From assembly GCF_006345805.1 (NCBI RefSeq), contig NC_042998.1:43648001-43712000 (forward strand): a DNA stretch of 64,000 nucleotides. The letters are read 5' to 3'. Under the pieces are notes generated by a model. That model searched no databases. It had not been told where the DNA came from and was given only the letters and a program-made list of their open reading frames with translations. This DNA is from Octopus sinensis (lineage: Eukaryota). Both the position numbers and the translations under genes were made by a program. Shown here one piece after another: positions 42,991-55,524 of the stretch. Position 1 is the first letter of the stretch, and each line of letters starts with the position of its first letter.

Positions 42991-43028
<38 letters not shown>

Positions 43029-43035
43029 TATATTT
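41235..43035. repeat. ~1.8-kb degenerate (TA)n array
   Basis: Read directly; the tagacatatataatt subunit recurs at ~42325-42955. Confidence 0.95.
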
Positions 43036-43647
43036 ATCTGTAACTTTACTGATTGATCGTGAATGAATTCCTTTGAGTAGAGTCTGGAAACATACCCAAT
43101 TTATTACAATTATCTGAACAATTTAACCTCTATCTTAACATGTTAACTTCATTGAATACATGCGTGCAGGGGGATATTTAAAATATCAGCATCTCGTAAA
43201 TTATAGTAGACATACTGGTCCGCAGTGATATACGCATATGCATGTATTTACATCTGTATATTACAAGCATAGATAAAGACACACACCCAAATAATTATAT
43301 ATGCATAAAATAGCGTCTACCTATTTTGCTGATGTAGATGTTCTAAAAATGTATGTTACTCAAGCTGAATTCGTTGTTAAAGTCATTGCCATGAAGAAAA
43401 ATATTCAAATTATTTTCTAATCTGCGCACAAATTCTTCATTAAGATAACATCGCTTTATGTTGCTTTCTATGATATCAATAATAAAAGAAAAAATTTAAT
43501 TCGACACTTTTCATTTTAATGTTAGTGTTTTTTTTTTGTTTATTTTATAAAATAATTAATTAGACACTGGATGAAAAGGCCCATCTAATATAAAAGCGGA
43601 TTTAAAACATTGTCTAGTGCATTAACTATCTTTGAATTTGTTTAAAG

Positions 43648-43718
43648 GAAGACATTTTTGAAAGTGACTTCAAATAACATTCTTCATGATTGCGTAGCCA
43701 GTTGTGAATGCTCAAAAA
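43648..43718 (+). CDS. Candidate exon, 71 nt, phase 2 to 1 (RKTFLKVTSNNILHDCVASCECSK)
   Basis: Acceptor tttgaatttgtttaaag, consensus donor A|gtaagt, open in one frame. No recognisable homology, so it could be a chance match. Confidence 0.22.
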
Positions 43719-45119
43719 GTAAGTTTGGAAATTCAAAAGTATACTAATGTAAGTTATTTTATGAAGCCACATATCTCCAAGATAGTATACACAGTTTATA
43801 CTTATTTGGAGGCCGGTAAGTTCATAAAATGATAAACGAGATAAAAAAAAAAATAGAGATACTGGACGAAAACTGCAAAAGCAGACATTTAATTTAATTG
43901 AAGTCTTTTATAAGAACAAACCGTTATAGATAAATATAATATCATGGGAGAGAATTCCCAAATTTTACATATTTGAAATTATTTAAATTCAGAATATGTA
44001 GCGTGTTGCGATTCTGATTTTAACTGTGGGCTGACAACTCCGCACACGATTCCCACTTATTAGACTTCATCAGTGAAATGCGATCTAAATGTAGCTGCAT
44101 ATAGGTTTTTCGTGAATGACAGCATAGTAAATGGTGAATAAAATATACAATTGAGATGATATTGATATTTTAAAGCTGTTGCTTTATTACGAATTCAAAT
44201 CATAAACTAACAAGCAAAAATACAAGAAAAAAAACGAAACCCCCAAAACTGTCTTTTCACTAAATCCACGTTTTCAATACAACTTTACAAGCCAGTTATA
44301 AAAAGAAACATCAGATACTTTCGTTGCAAACTATAAATGAAACTATTTTCTTAAACTAAGATATTACAGTCCTGAAAAAAAGGTAATGCGTTATAAGAAA
44401 AAGCTTGTATTTCGCTTACCTATTAATCAATATAGCGTTATAACCTTACAAATTCTATAGATTATTTTTTATGTATTTTTCATTATTGGAAAAGTTTACT
44501 GCTTTAATGTAATCATATGGGAACGATTCTATTTATGTATACGTTTTATCATTTGGTGCCAAGTTTACTTATGTTGCTTTTGGAATACTGTGTATTTAAG
44601 TTTCCATAAATATGTCATTCGTCTGTTCTATATAGCTTAAACAAAATTAAATAAACTGTAATTGATAATTGGTGTGCGTTTCCAAGTGTTTATATTTTTG
44701 AATACTAATTGAAGGTCATATGCTATTAAAATTTCACCAATTTGGAGAGGAGTATCGTTAAGAAAATGAATTTTCAATGGTTTCGATAATGGATGTTTAT
44801 TGCTCAAAAAATTGAATCAGATGCTAATTAACGTATAAATAGCTAAGCCTTCAACAGGCATATGTTTCTTAACACTTTTACTACAGAACCAGATATATTC
44901 ACTCAAATTTTCATCACCCTTAAATGTGGAAAGCAGATTAATATACCAATCTGTGTTAATTTTTTTAATGTTTTTTGAGTAATGTCATATTTGAAACCAT
45001 TTGTAGTTGAGATACGTCAAGTTTGTTGAGACAACATGGCTTGCAAAAATTACTAGCTCTATTTTTGGTAGATATTTAATATTACTGCTGAAATAAGCGT
45101 AAGTTTAATTTCACATGTA

Positions 45120-45434
45120 ATGAGTCAGAATAATTCTGAAACCGAATCAGAATCAGACGATGTTAAAACTTCATATCGTATAGAACTGAATGAAAACAGA
45201 GACTTTGTGATTTCGAACCGAACTTCTTTCAAGTTCGGCCTTGGTATATCTATGGTTGTATAGTTTGTATTCATAGCATAGGAGTACTTTCATTTCATAT
45301 TTTGTTGCTTAGAAATAAGAACGACACAAGAAGTGCGCTGGTTTCTTCGGATATCCCAGAATGGGAGGCAGAAGAAGAAACAATTCAAAGGTTTTTTTCA
45401 TAGACTGGAGAACTGGTTCGTTTGCCACGACAAA
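45120..45434 (+). CDS. Candidate two-exon ORF (45120-45243 and 45313-45434, 69-nt GT-AG intron), 82 codons, MSQNNSETESESDDVK...FFHRLENWFVCHDK|
   Basis: Removing the 69-nt gtatat...ttgttgcttag intron removes in-frame stops and joins two open frames; donor AAA|gtaact. An alternative frame of the second part reads SALVSSDIPEWEAEEETIQR. Confidence 0.25.
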
Positions 45435-45504
45435 GTAACTCCGTTAATTCTGGATTCACGTCATACGTTTAACAAACCACACCATTTAGTGAATCATCGT
45501 GCAC

Positions 45505-45522
45505 ATACATACATGAATACAT

Positions 45523-45562
<40 letters not shown>

Positions 45563-45680
45563 ACATACATACATACATACATACATACATACACACATGC
45601 ATACATACACACACACACACACATACATACATACATACATACATACATACATACATACATACATACATACATACAATATA
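45505..45680. repeat. (CATA)n/(CA)n compound tract
   Basis: Read directly from the sequence. Confidence 0.95.
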
Positions 45681-46700
45681 TATATGCTCAATGCATGGTG
45701 TAGAGGATATGCTTTCTTAAATGAAAAACGGAAGCTCACGACTCGAGTTTCACGGTCTTGCAGTCTTCACTGAGCTTCCTCTGCAACAATCAAAGCGAAT
45801 TATTGGCTCTCTACACTTTCATAGCATAACTCTGAAAAGCTCTAAGCTGACTGGTACGGGAACTCCAGTTACCTCATTGGTTTTACCAGTGCATATCTAT
45901 TTCTAAGAGTAACATATAAGTTGAAAGGCGGAGTGAATTTAGCACAACATTAAAATTCGTTACAATGGTTTTGTGCCACCTTGTTTCTAACCATATTGCC
46001 TGTAGATGATTCTCAGTGCAAAATTATGCAAGATATGCGTTGAATATGCTAGAGTGAAACCAGCATGCAAATATTAAGTTGTGCCTCTTTGCAGAGTGCA
46101 AAGATGTTTTTGCGTATTGCTGTATAGGCGAACATGAGTTTCGGCACAAATATAAAAGTGTGTATGCATATGTTGTCTACATGAATGCATCACTGTATTA
46201 ATAAGAGACTGTACATTATTTATGAGTCTGTCTCTCGCTTCAAACGGACAATTTTGGCATATATGTCATAAAACAACTTTTTTATGTTGCTTGCCTCAAA
46301 ATTTGAGCACTATTCATTGATTAATATTATTTGAGCGATGTCTGTGTCTGTGGAGAAATATGCTGATTAATACACATTTGAGAAAGATACCTTTCTTTGT
46401 TACCGCATATTATTTAATGTTGGAACTTATTATCAGATATATCATCCACTTATGTTAAAAATTATACACAAATATGCTTAAAATCTTGACTCGAATAAAG
46501 TGTCTCAGTCATTATGAAAGGCGAGAGAAAACCATTAAATTTACTTTCTGAAAATAACTTACTGATTTGACCTGACTTTGACCTGACAATTTAAGCTTTT
46601 AATAATTCTGTTTTCTAACAATTTTAGAAAGAACATTAGACAGGATTGTTCTCTTCATGAAAAAATAAAATTCAGAATCTCTTCTTAATGTTTTAACATT

Positions 46701-46886
46701 TTATTTTATATCTGCAGCCACCGCGTTAGTAAAGACTAAGAACATTGTTTGATATCGCAGTGCTCTTTTTCTTTTCTCACACACAGTAGCTTGTTTGATA
46801 AAAAGTGATGCTGTGTAGAAAACGTCAATATCTCGTTTGTTCTTTATGTATTCATCACCAGGCGAGGGACAGTGATATAGTAATGA
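46701..46886 (-). CDS. Candidate terminal exon (SLLYHCPSPGDEYIKNKRDIDVFYTASLFIKQATVCEKRKRALRYQTMFLVFTNAVAADIK*)
   Basis: 61 open codons after the acceptor atcttttcttcttaag, ending in TAA. No homology recognised; open frames this long arise by chance at this AT content. Confidence 0.2.
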   Translation of the reverse strand, partial: SLLYHCPSPGDEYIKNKRDIDVFYTASLFIKQATVCEKRKRALRYQTMFLVFTNAVAADIK

Positions 46887-47203
46887 CTTAAGAAGAAAAG
46901 ATATTTGGGTTAGATTAATGGAATTAAGCTTTCATAATTATATGCAGAGGAATTTTCAATTCTAGAGATATCATTTCTTGACTTGCTACTAATTTGATAG
47001 AAATAACGAAAGTCAAACATTGGTAAATATTACATCCGAATTTTTATGAAAGTATGTTATGCTGTGGAGAATCGTTAGTTGTTTTTCTTAGACACCATCT
47101 GCTGGTCAATAAGAATAATAAAAAAACAGACCGTTGAAATATAAATCCAAATTATATAGACTTATGAAGCAGATGCCACAATGATTAAAGGTGCCACAAT
47201 ATT

Positions 47204-47391
47204 CTCTACTACTCTAGGCACAAGACCCGATATTTTGGGTCAGTACAGAACTGGTACTTAATTTAATCGACCCCGAAAAGATGAAAGGCAAAGTCGACCT
47301 CGGCGGATTTTGAGCTCAGAACGTTAAGACAGACGAAACAACGCTAAACGTTTCGCCCTGCGTGCTAACGTTTCTGCTAGCTCACCGCCTT
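47204..47391 (-). mobile_element. Major SINE with an 18-bp TSD
   Basis: Full head and core. TSD taaaggtgc(c/a)acaatatt at 47186-47203 and 47393-47410. Confidence 0.9.
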
Positions 47392-47603
47392 GTAAAGGTG
47401 CAACAATATTATCTTTTAAAAAACTGTGGAGATCATTGTGGTACACAAAGACATGAATGAATCAATTTTTCATATCAATCGAACACATCGTCAATTTATT
47501 ATCATTTAACCATCTTATTCGTCTCGAAACGATTTGCTAAGGTCGATTACAAGTTCGTGTGGTTTTAATGAGAGCTGGTTCTTTCTTTGTTGATAGACAA
47601 ATA

Positions 47604-47657
<54 letters not shown>

Positions 47658-47944
47658 TGCACGCACGCGCGCACACACACACACATATATATAATTATAA
47701 GTAAGGGCAAAGTAAAAAAAGATTTTCTATGCCAATATGCTGAAAAATAGACTTTAGATCATTTAATCACATAATATTTTTCACTATAAATACACATCGT
47801 GATGAAACGAAGAATATTGGGTTAGAAAAATTTCTTTCTTTTGCCCTTATTTATAATTGTTTATAATTTTCACCTTATTGGTTATTTTCAAATGCTGGCC
47901 ATTGATAAAACATGTTTTTGAAAAAAGATTACCCTATGTTACAA

Positions 47945-47992
<48 letters not shown>

Positions 47993-48533
47993 GGGTGTAC
48001 ACATTCATATATGTCTACAGAGCGATATACATAAATATGTATATATATATGTGTTTGTGTGCATGTAAGTAATGATATATAATTATATAACTCTACGTAT
48101 ATTCATATAACATTTATGAACTTTAAATTGGATTGAATACTTATCGAAGGAAAAATATTCTCGTACGAATTAATTATATCGAGTCTCCATTCTTTCTCAC
48201 CACGTCTTCACCATTTAGTTTAATTGATCAAATTATATTTAAACAATATTTTCTCAGATTAGATCAGATTGTACTATCTATATCGAAATGATGTTCTTCA
48301 GTTCTATCTCATCCCTGATCAATCCGATTTCTGTTAAAAGACATACTCTCTTCTTGATGTAAAGGAACCAGTGCTACCTTTTTCAATGTGTCCTTCTATT
48401 TTTAACCACTTTTGGGATGTTCGAGTGTGATGAGAGGAAACTGTCTCTGCTTTTTCAAATAAGTGAAAAGACCACCTCGTCGCTCATTCTGTAGTACAAG
48501 GTTTCATGGCCAATGAAATTTCTGTATTTCTAC

Positions 48534-48609
<76 letters not shown>

Positions 48610-48739
48610 ACGCACACACACATTTATAATACTTATTTGAAGATATACCAAATTCCATTTTTCTTTATCGTGCCTGGAGTTCCAAAGTTCTTCTTTCGTA
48701 TTTTCGCTTAAATTTCCTTTGAAATTCATCTGTTATTGA

Positions 48740-48832
48740 ATGTGGAATTTGAAATCAGCACGTAAAGCCAAGAGTCATGACGCTGGGCATTTTGTCCGGC
48801 GTGCTAGCCATTCTGTCAGCTTACTATCTTAA
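48740..48832 (-). mobile_element. SINE head fragment
   Basis: ggaatttgaaatcagcac...ccggcgtgctagccattctgtcagc matches the major SINE head. Confidence 0.65.
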
Positions 48833-49299
48833 TTCCACAAATAATAATGATATTAAGAAGGTAAGAGCAGAATGGTTGAGTTTCGGCAGTGTAAATCACA
48901 TACCACTATTGATTGGAGTGAAATCGAAGTATAAATAATAAATAAATATATAAAAGGAGAAAAGAACTAATGAAAATGTGGAAATGTTCTGGTTAAGAAA
49001 ACACGAAAATGTTTTAATAACAAATTTGGGCGTATTATTACTGCCATTCCTTGAATACGTTAAATAGTTCTAAATTTGGCAAGTTTTTCCCTGCATATAC
49101 ACACACATACACACCATGTGTTCTCTGAGAAATATTAAATGAAAAAAGGACACAATAAATGATACTGTGCATTCGAAGCTTCGCTCAGATTGATTATCAA
49201 TTTGTTTGATAATCCACTCTAGCTAACGCTATACATGCATTCATACAAAACTATGCCAAACCTTTCTTGTCTTTTGTTGTGATCTATCTCTCGCTGTAT

Positions 49300-49349
49300 A
49301 TATAAGTATATGTATGTATGTATGTATATATATATATATATATATATAT

Positions 49350-49384
<35 letters not shown>

Positions 49385-49590
49385 CATATTTTTTATTCAA
49401 GTGTATTCTTTAAATATATATATATATTAACACACACACATATATATTCATATATATAAATATATATACATATATATATATATATACATATATACACACA
49501 CATATATCTATGTATATATATATATATATATATATACATTCATATATATACATATACGTATATATGTATATATAATGTCCATATGTATAT
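49300..49590. repeat. (TA)n/(TATG)n/(CA)n compound tract
   Basis: Read directly from the sequence. Confidence 0.92.
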
Positions 49591-49739
49591 CTATATAGGA
49601 AAATTGTAGTCAGTCTTATAACATAATAATAGTGATCATAAATGTAACATATGTGAAAACATAATAGATATTCTAATCATATTTCAGTTTCACTTGCAGA
49701 AATTTTCTTGCGCATTATACTGAGTAATGGATAGCATAT

Positions 49740-50082
49740 GAGGAGGAGACCCCCTTCGGTCATGAATGACCATTGGATTGCACCTAGAAAATTACCCTCC
49801 GAGGCACTTGTCCGGGCAAGGTTGTTTATGGAAGACCAGCAGTAGCCCATGCATACCAGCCTCGCCTCTCCACACCACCAATGTTATTTTAAGGGAAAGG
49901 CAAAGTCCGATACAGCTTCTCACCAGTGATGTCGCAACTCATTTCTACAGCTGAGTAAACTGCAGCAACATGAAATAAAGTGTCTTGCTCAAGAACACAA
50001 CACACAGCCCGGTTCATAAATCGAACTACCAACCCCACGATCGTAATCTCGACGCTCTAACCACTGAGCCATGCGCCTTCAC
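49740..50082 (-). mobile_element. tRNA-derived CORE-like SINE (family A)
   Basis: Head gtgaaggcgcatggctcagtggttagagcg..tagttcgattt; CORE-like ttcttgagcaagacacttt..cagtttactcagctgtagaaatgag; flanked by the TSD aatggatagcatat. Confidence 0.9.
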
Positions 50083-50096
50083 AATGGATAGCATAT

Positions 50097-50352
50097 AAAA
50101 TAAATGCGCCCTTTTAAAGCCTAGCCAGGCTCATGGGCCCGGTTTCCCGGTTTCAATGGCGTACGTGTTCCACAGCTGGACGGGACGCCAGTCCATCGTT
50201 GCGTTACTCATTTTTGCCAGCTGAGTGGACTGGAGCAACGTGAAATGAAGTGTTTTGCACAAGAACACAACACGTCACCCGGTCCAGGAATCGAAACCAC
50301 AATCTTGCGATCATGATGCTGACACCCTAACCACTAAGCCACGCGCCTCCAC
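50097..50352 (-). mobile_element. tRNA-derived CORE-like SINE (family B, different 3' tail)
   Basis: Head gtggaggcgcgtggcttagtggttaggg..ggtttcgattcc; shares the central domain with family A; tail gatggactggcgtcccgtccag..gaaaccggg; same TSD. Confidence 0.9.
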
Positions 50353-52564
50353 AATGGATAGTATATACGTAATCTAAAATAGATATCTGTCTTGAGATAT
50401 GCACTTCGTATACATTGCCACTCAGATGTTTGAGAACTGAAGTCGAAGCATTAAAGTGCATTTTTAAGATATTCTTTTAATGTTTTTCAGCTATATATGG
50501 AACGCTGGTGTAAGTTTTAGGCATAGAAAAATGCGAGCAAGAGAAATAATTTTCTTAAGAATATAAACCCGGAAATGTATTGAACAATTATCAGACTTGG
50601 AAAAGTTCAGGACAAGTTATTTCATCTTGTAAAGTACACAGCAAGAAAATTTTTACTTAAAATATTGCAGCTAAGGATAAAATTTCAAATAAAATATTTA
50701 GATTTAGAAAATATTAGCTTTTAAAACTAAAAAGTTTATTATAAGTTATTAATTCCATTTGTTATTACTTGTTATTAAAAACAAATGACTCAAAATACTT
50801 TTTGCTGTTTAAAAAAATTCAGTTCATTTTTTAGATTATTAATAATTAGAAATTTGAAAATAGGTTATAAAAATAATAGTAGTACATAATTAGTTAATAT
50901 AATAAATAGAATTCAAAAAATAGTATATATCTTACAGTAAAATCTACATATAATAACAAATTCACAGTAAAATTTGCTTGAGTTATTGCCTAAGTTATTG
51001 CTAAGTCTTCACATTTTTAGTCTTGACCCAATGCCTATTTTTTACACAATGAATTTGCCTATTATATATGCTATTCTTCTTTGCATAAAACTTTAGCTAT
51101 ATTGGTACTTCTGATTCTCATTTTTAAAGTATTGTAGTGTTTCAATATTTTAACAAAATGATGATACCCTTTTTTAGTTATAATGTTACTTGGTAAATTA
51201 AAGTCAAATAATTTTTAATATTCAGATTTTATCCTTATCTGCAGTATTTTGAGTAAACACTTTCTTGTTCTGTACTTTACTAGATGTAATAACTTGTCCT
51301 GTAATTTTTAACATTTATAATCTTAAGAATATTATTTCTCTTGCTCGTATTTTTCCATGCAATCCATGTTTTTTCCAGGCTATGTTATTATTCTAATTAA
51401 TAATGTGTTAATTAACGGTGGCGTTGATAATGTTTTAGTTACCCCAATGACGCCTGTGACATATATTAAAGTCCTCTTTTATATAAACCTATATTCATAA
51501 ATAAGTATAGTACTATATTATTACCCGCAAATTTGAGAAACAAACGCTCATAACTTTTTTCTTTTAAAACTTCATTGCATGAGATTGATACCATGAAACT
51601 CATCCACTTAAGCTCTATCATTTTAGCTTAATTAAAATTTAGTTTGTTTTTAAAATAAAAAAGGTTAATTATACTTAAATCCAATTTTTTTTTACCTTAC
51701 TTATACTTTTCTTCGTGATATTTTACCTCACAATGTTTTTCATACAAATTTTTGTTGCTTGGGACCAAAACTATGAAATCCTTCATGATTTCTCCTATCA
51801 TTGAAGCTAAGATAAATATATTTTGCTTTTAAAATATAAAAAGTTATTTAGATTTAAACTTGATAGGTTGTGTTACTTACTCTCCTATAACGTTGCTACA
51901 AATGTTGATGTAAACTTTTTTCTACTGGATCAAATTTCAATTTCTTTATGCCAAATTGTTGCTAAGGACCAGTTCTCTTCAAAACAATTTTTAATTTGGT
52001 TAGAACTGGTTTAGCGACAAGCTCTGAAAGATGCTCTGTGTGAGTAAATTGCGGTTTTAAGAATATTATTCAACTACTACGTAGTTGAATAATCGGTCTA
52101 TTCACTGATATATTACCGAGAAAGAGATGACATACATAGTAATTATTTGCCTAGATATTCTGTCTTTATATTTTTCTTTTTCATTTCTGTTGTTCGACTT
52201 TAGTAAAGAACAAGTAAATGGTTTAAGTTTAATAATACCGGGAAGAATTATCCTTTTTTTAAGTACGATACATTCCATCCAATTAAAATCGAAACCATAT
52301 CGATTTATTTTTAACGATTAGATTCTTTTCTTTGTCGAAGAAAAAAAAAACAATTTTTTTTTTCAAATAATCGGAAAATTTATATCATCTGTAGAAACGT
52401 AGAGCAGATTGTAATTTTTTTGTGTATCCCTCATCATGTTCATCATTTTGATTTATATGATTAGATGATAAAGGTTTATTGATTTTCATGTTCCTTGTTT
52501 TGCAAGACGTTTTCCTTCAAAGTTTTCTCGGCACATAATCCATGTTGTTTCTCTGACACTTTAG

Positions 52565-52677
52565 AACGTTACATTTTACAATCTCCAAAATAATTTGTCA
52601 TATTGATTGTTATTTGCGAGATAACAAATTTGGAAAACTGTTGCTTTTCAAAGCGCGTAGGCAAGACATCATTGTAG
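52565..52677 (+). CDS. Candidate exon, 113 nt, phase 2 to 1 (TLHFTISKIICHIDCYLRDNKFGKLLLFKARRQDIIV)
   Basis: Acceptor ttgtttctctgacactttag, donor TAG|gtattt, 37 open codons. Unidentified. Confidence 0.2.
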
Positions 52678-53318
52678 GTATTTTGTTATGTATCATGTTG
52701 ATTCAGATTTCTTTCGCTCAGAAGCTAAAATTAGTTATCTATCTGTTAACAGGTGTTTAGCAATATCGGTGTTTATAGTAATCTATATTCAGTAGAACTA
52801 AGTATTTATATAAGTTGCTTTCAGTGGATAACAGCAAATTTGTATAAATAACAATTTTAATGGAAAATAATATTTCTTATCTTGGAGGCTTTTCAGAATA
52901 TCAACCCTTAATTTTTCTTGTAAGATTTTGAGCTGGGAAATCGAAATTCACAAAAAAGAAAGCAAAAACATTTTTATCTTTCACTTTAATAATATGAGGT
53001 ATGAGCTCACACCAAATAGTATATATTTCCTTGACAACTGAATAGACAAATGCTTTTCACAGTTATATATTAATGTATAATGTTATATATTAAGGTAGGT
53101 AAAACATGCCTTCATTTAGGAAAATTGTTATTAATCTGGTGTCAGATGTGACACGCATGATGACGTATTACGTACGGTTCTGTGGATTATAGTATAGCTG
53201 CCAACATTTGGTGTTAATTTTCATTGAAATTACTGTCTTACTTAATTGAACTTGCGCAAATATTAAATGTTCTTTCATTGCATATCGTTAATAATTTATA
53301 GTAAGGATGAATATTTCA

Positions 53319-53350
<32 letters not shown>

Positions 53351-53351
53351 A

Positions 53352-53382
<31 letters not shown>

Positions 53383-54330
53383 TTGTGTGTATGTTTGTAT
53401 ATTAAAGAGGTAATATTGTTTCAGTCAAGTAAACCCGCATAGGGCATATCGTAGTTATTTATTAATCGATTTCAATACATTGACCTGGATTATACACATG
53501 TGACAATTTCAATGAGCTTTTTCAAATGATCCGACAGTCAGGCAGCTGACGGAAAGAATGGGAAGCGCCATAATTAATGTACATTTATACATATGGATAC
53601 ACGTATATAATTTATGTAAAATTATTCGTATGGATACACGTATGTGTGCTTGAAGTACGCACATACGAACACACATGTGCTAGAGTATAACAATGTATGT
53701 ATGTGTGTGCATATGTGTATGTTTGTGTGTCTACGAGTGTGTGCATGTTATAAACATATGATGCCTATTTAGAACACGGCTTAATTCGTAGAAAACAGTA
53801 GAAAATCTATTAGAAAATACTTAGTGAAATATTTTAGAGGATTTAATAGATTAAACAACTATGAATACTGTTTGTGACATACTTATAAATCAAGAGCTAT
53901 TCCATTCATCTATACATACAAATATACATACATACAGTTTAGTGGGACATTCAATCAATTAGAGGGAAAATATGCATATAAAACAAGCTACTCGAAAAGG
54001 ATATAGATAACTTTCCTTTAAGCAGCTCCTGACGATTTTGGCTTTTTAACATGATCGCTTGGTCAGAGAGTCAGTAGATTTATAGCAAAAGTTATTAATG
54101 AAATGTGTTGTTAGGATAGGACAGTACACAATGAGAAGGACACATGTGCCAAGGCAATGGCACATATTGTCTTCTGTCGATTTGACGAAAAAAAAAACGA
54201 CGGAAATTGTAAGCGTTATGGGCAAGGCAAACAGAATACGAAACATAAACAATAACCTTACACAGTAGTATTTTCGACTAAAAGGAAAATCAGATAATCA
54301 GGGGTGCAGCAGTTGATGTAGGTAAAGCTT

Positions 54331-54361
<31 letters not shown>

Positions 54362-54574
54362 GGAGAGAGAGTAAGAGAGAGAAAGACTAGGTTTTGACAT
54401 GGTAACTCTGAAACAAAGAGAAAGGTGAAGTGCTTTGCATTGAAGCTAAGTTTGGAAACAAATAAGTAAGAGCAAATAACAGGATTGTGGGAACTAAAAA
54501 GGAAAGAAACCTGGAGGAGGGGAGAATTTGCCAACCAAAGGCAGAGAACGGCGAGGGGTGGGGTGGCATATATA

Positions 54575-54771
54575 TATTCTTTTATTCTCTTGTTTTCGTC
54601 ACTTGACTGTGGCCGTGCTGGAGCAACGCCTTTATTCGAACAATACAACCCCAGGACTTACCGGTCTCTTTTGCCGAAGCGATAAGTTACGGAGACGTTA
54701 ACACACTAACATCGGTTGTCAAACGACAGCGGGAAGAAAAGCAAAGACGCACAAATATATATATAAACATA

Positions 54772-54818
<47 letters not shown>

Positions 54819-54975
54819 GACAGGCTTCTTTCAGTTTCCATCTACCAAATCCACTCACAAGGCTTTGTTCGGCCCGAGGTTGTAGTAAAAGGCCCAAGGT
54901 GCCACGCAGTGGGACTGAAACCAGAACCATGTGGTTGGGAAGCAAGCCTCTAACCAAACAACCACTCCTGCGCCT
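54575..54975 (-). mobile_element. tRNA-derived SINE with an internal (TA)n microsatellite
   Basis: Head aggcgcaggagtggttgtttggttag..ggtttcagtccc, body ..gaaactgaaagaagcctgtcg, (TA)n at ~54752-54817, then a 3' half matching 29580-29855. Confidence 0.85.
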
Positions 54976-55524
54976 ATTCACACAGCCACTCCTACGTCTC
55001 TATATATAGATATATAACATACAATTCTCGTAAAAAATTATTCAGTTTCTAAAGTAGAGATATTCGAAGGATACCTTTAGTCCAATTTTAGAACGCTTGT
55101 AATGTCTACAGATGATATGTCTACAGATGCTCGTCCCACGAGCAGCTTTTCACTTTTTCTATCCAAAGGGTTTTCAGCTCAATATTTACAAGCTATTATT
55201 TGTAACTTTACCTGCTTGTAAATTCACTGTATCATAATATACACATTCATTAATACATTAATGCACACACACACACACAGGTGCGCACGCATGTATCTAT
55301 TTCATTATTCAGTTTAATTCAAGATTTCTTGCCAATAGAGAAAGAACAGGTTTCTGACCTAGAGCCAATGCTCCATCATTGAAATTTCAGCATCAACAAC
55401 AGGGTATTTTTGTTTGTATGTATGTATGTATGTATGTATGTATGTATGTATGTATGTATGTATGTGCGTGCAGATTTGTATGATTTATGTACGTATTCTC
55501 ATGCATATCTAGACATGTTCATAT

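Noticed and set aside
43648-43670. RKTFLK matching the start of the RAF C1 domain
   Set aside because: The following residues lack the C1 Cys/His spacing.
52678-52706. Splice joining RRQDIIV to DFFRSEAKISYLSVNR
   Set aside because: The implied intron is only 29 nt, too short to be credible.
53591-53645. 15-bp direct repeat tatggatacacgtat with a short spacer
   Set aside because: Only two copies; a local duplication, not a CRISPR-like array.
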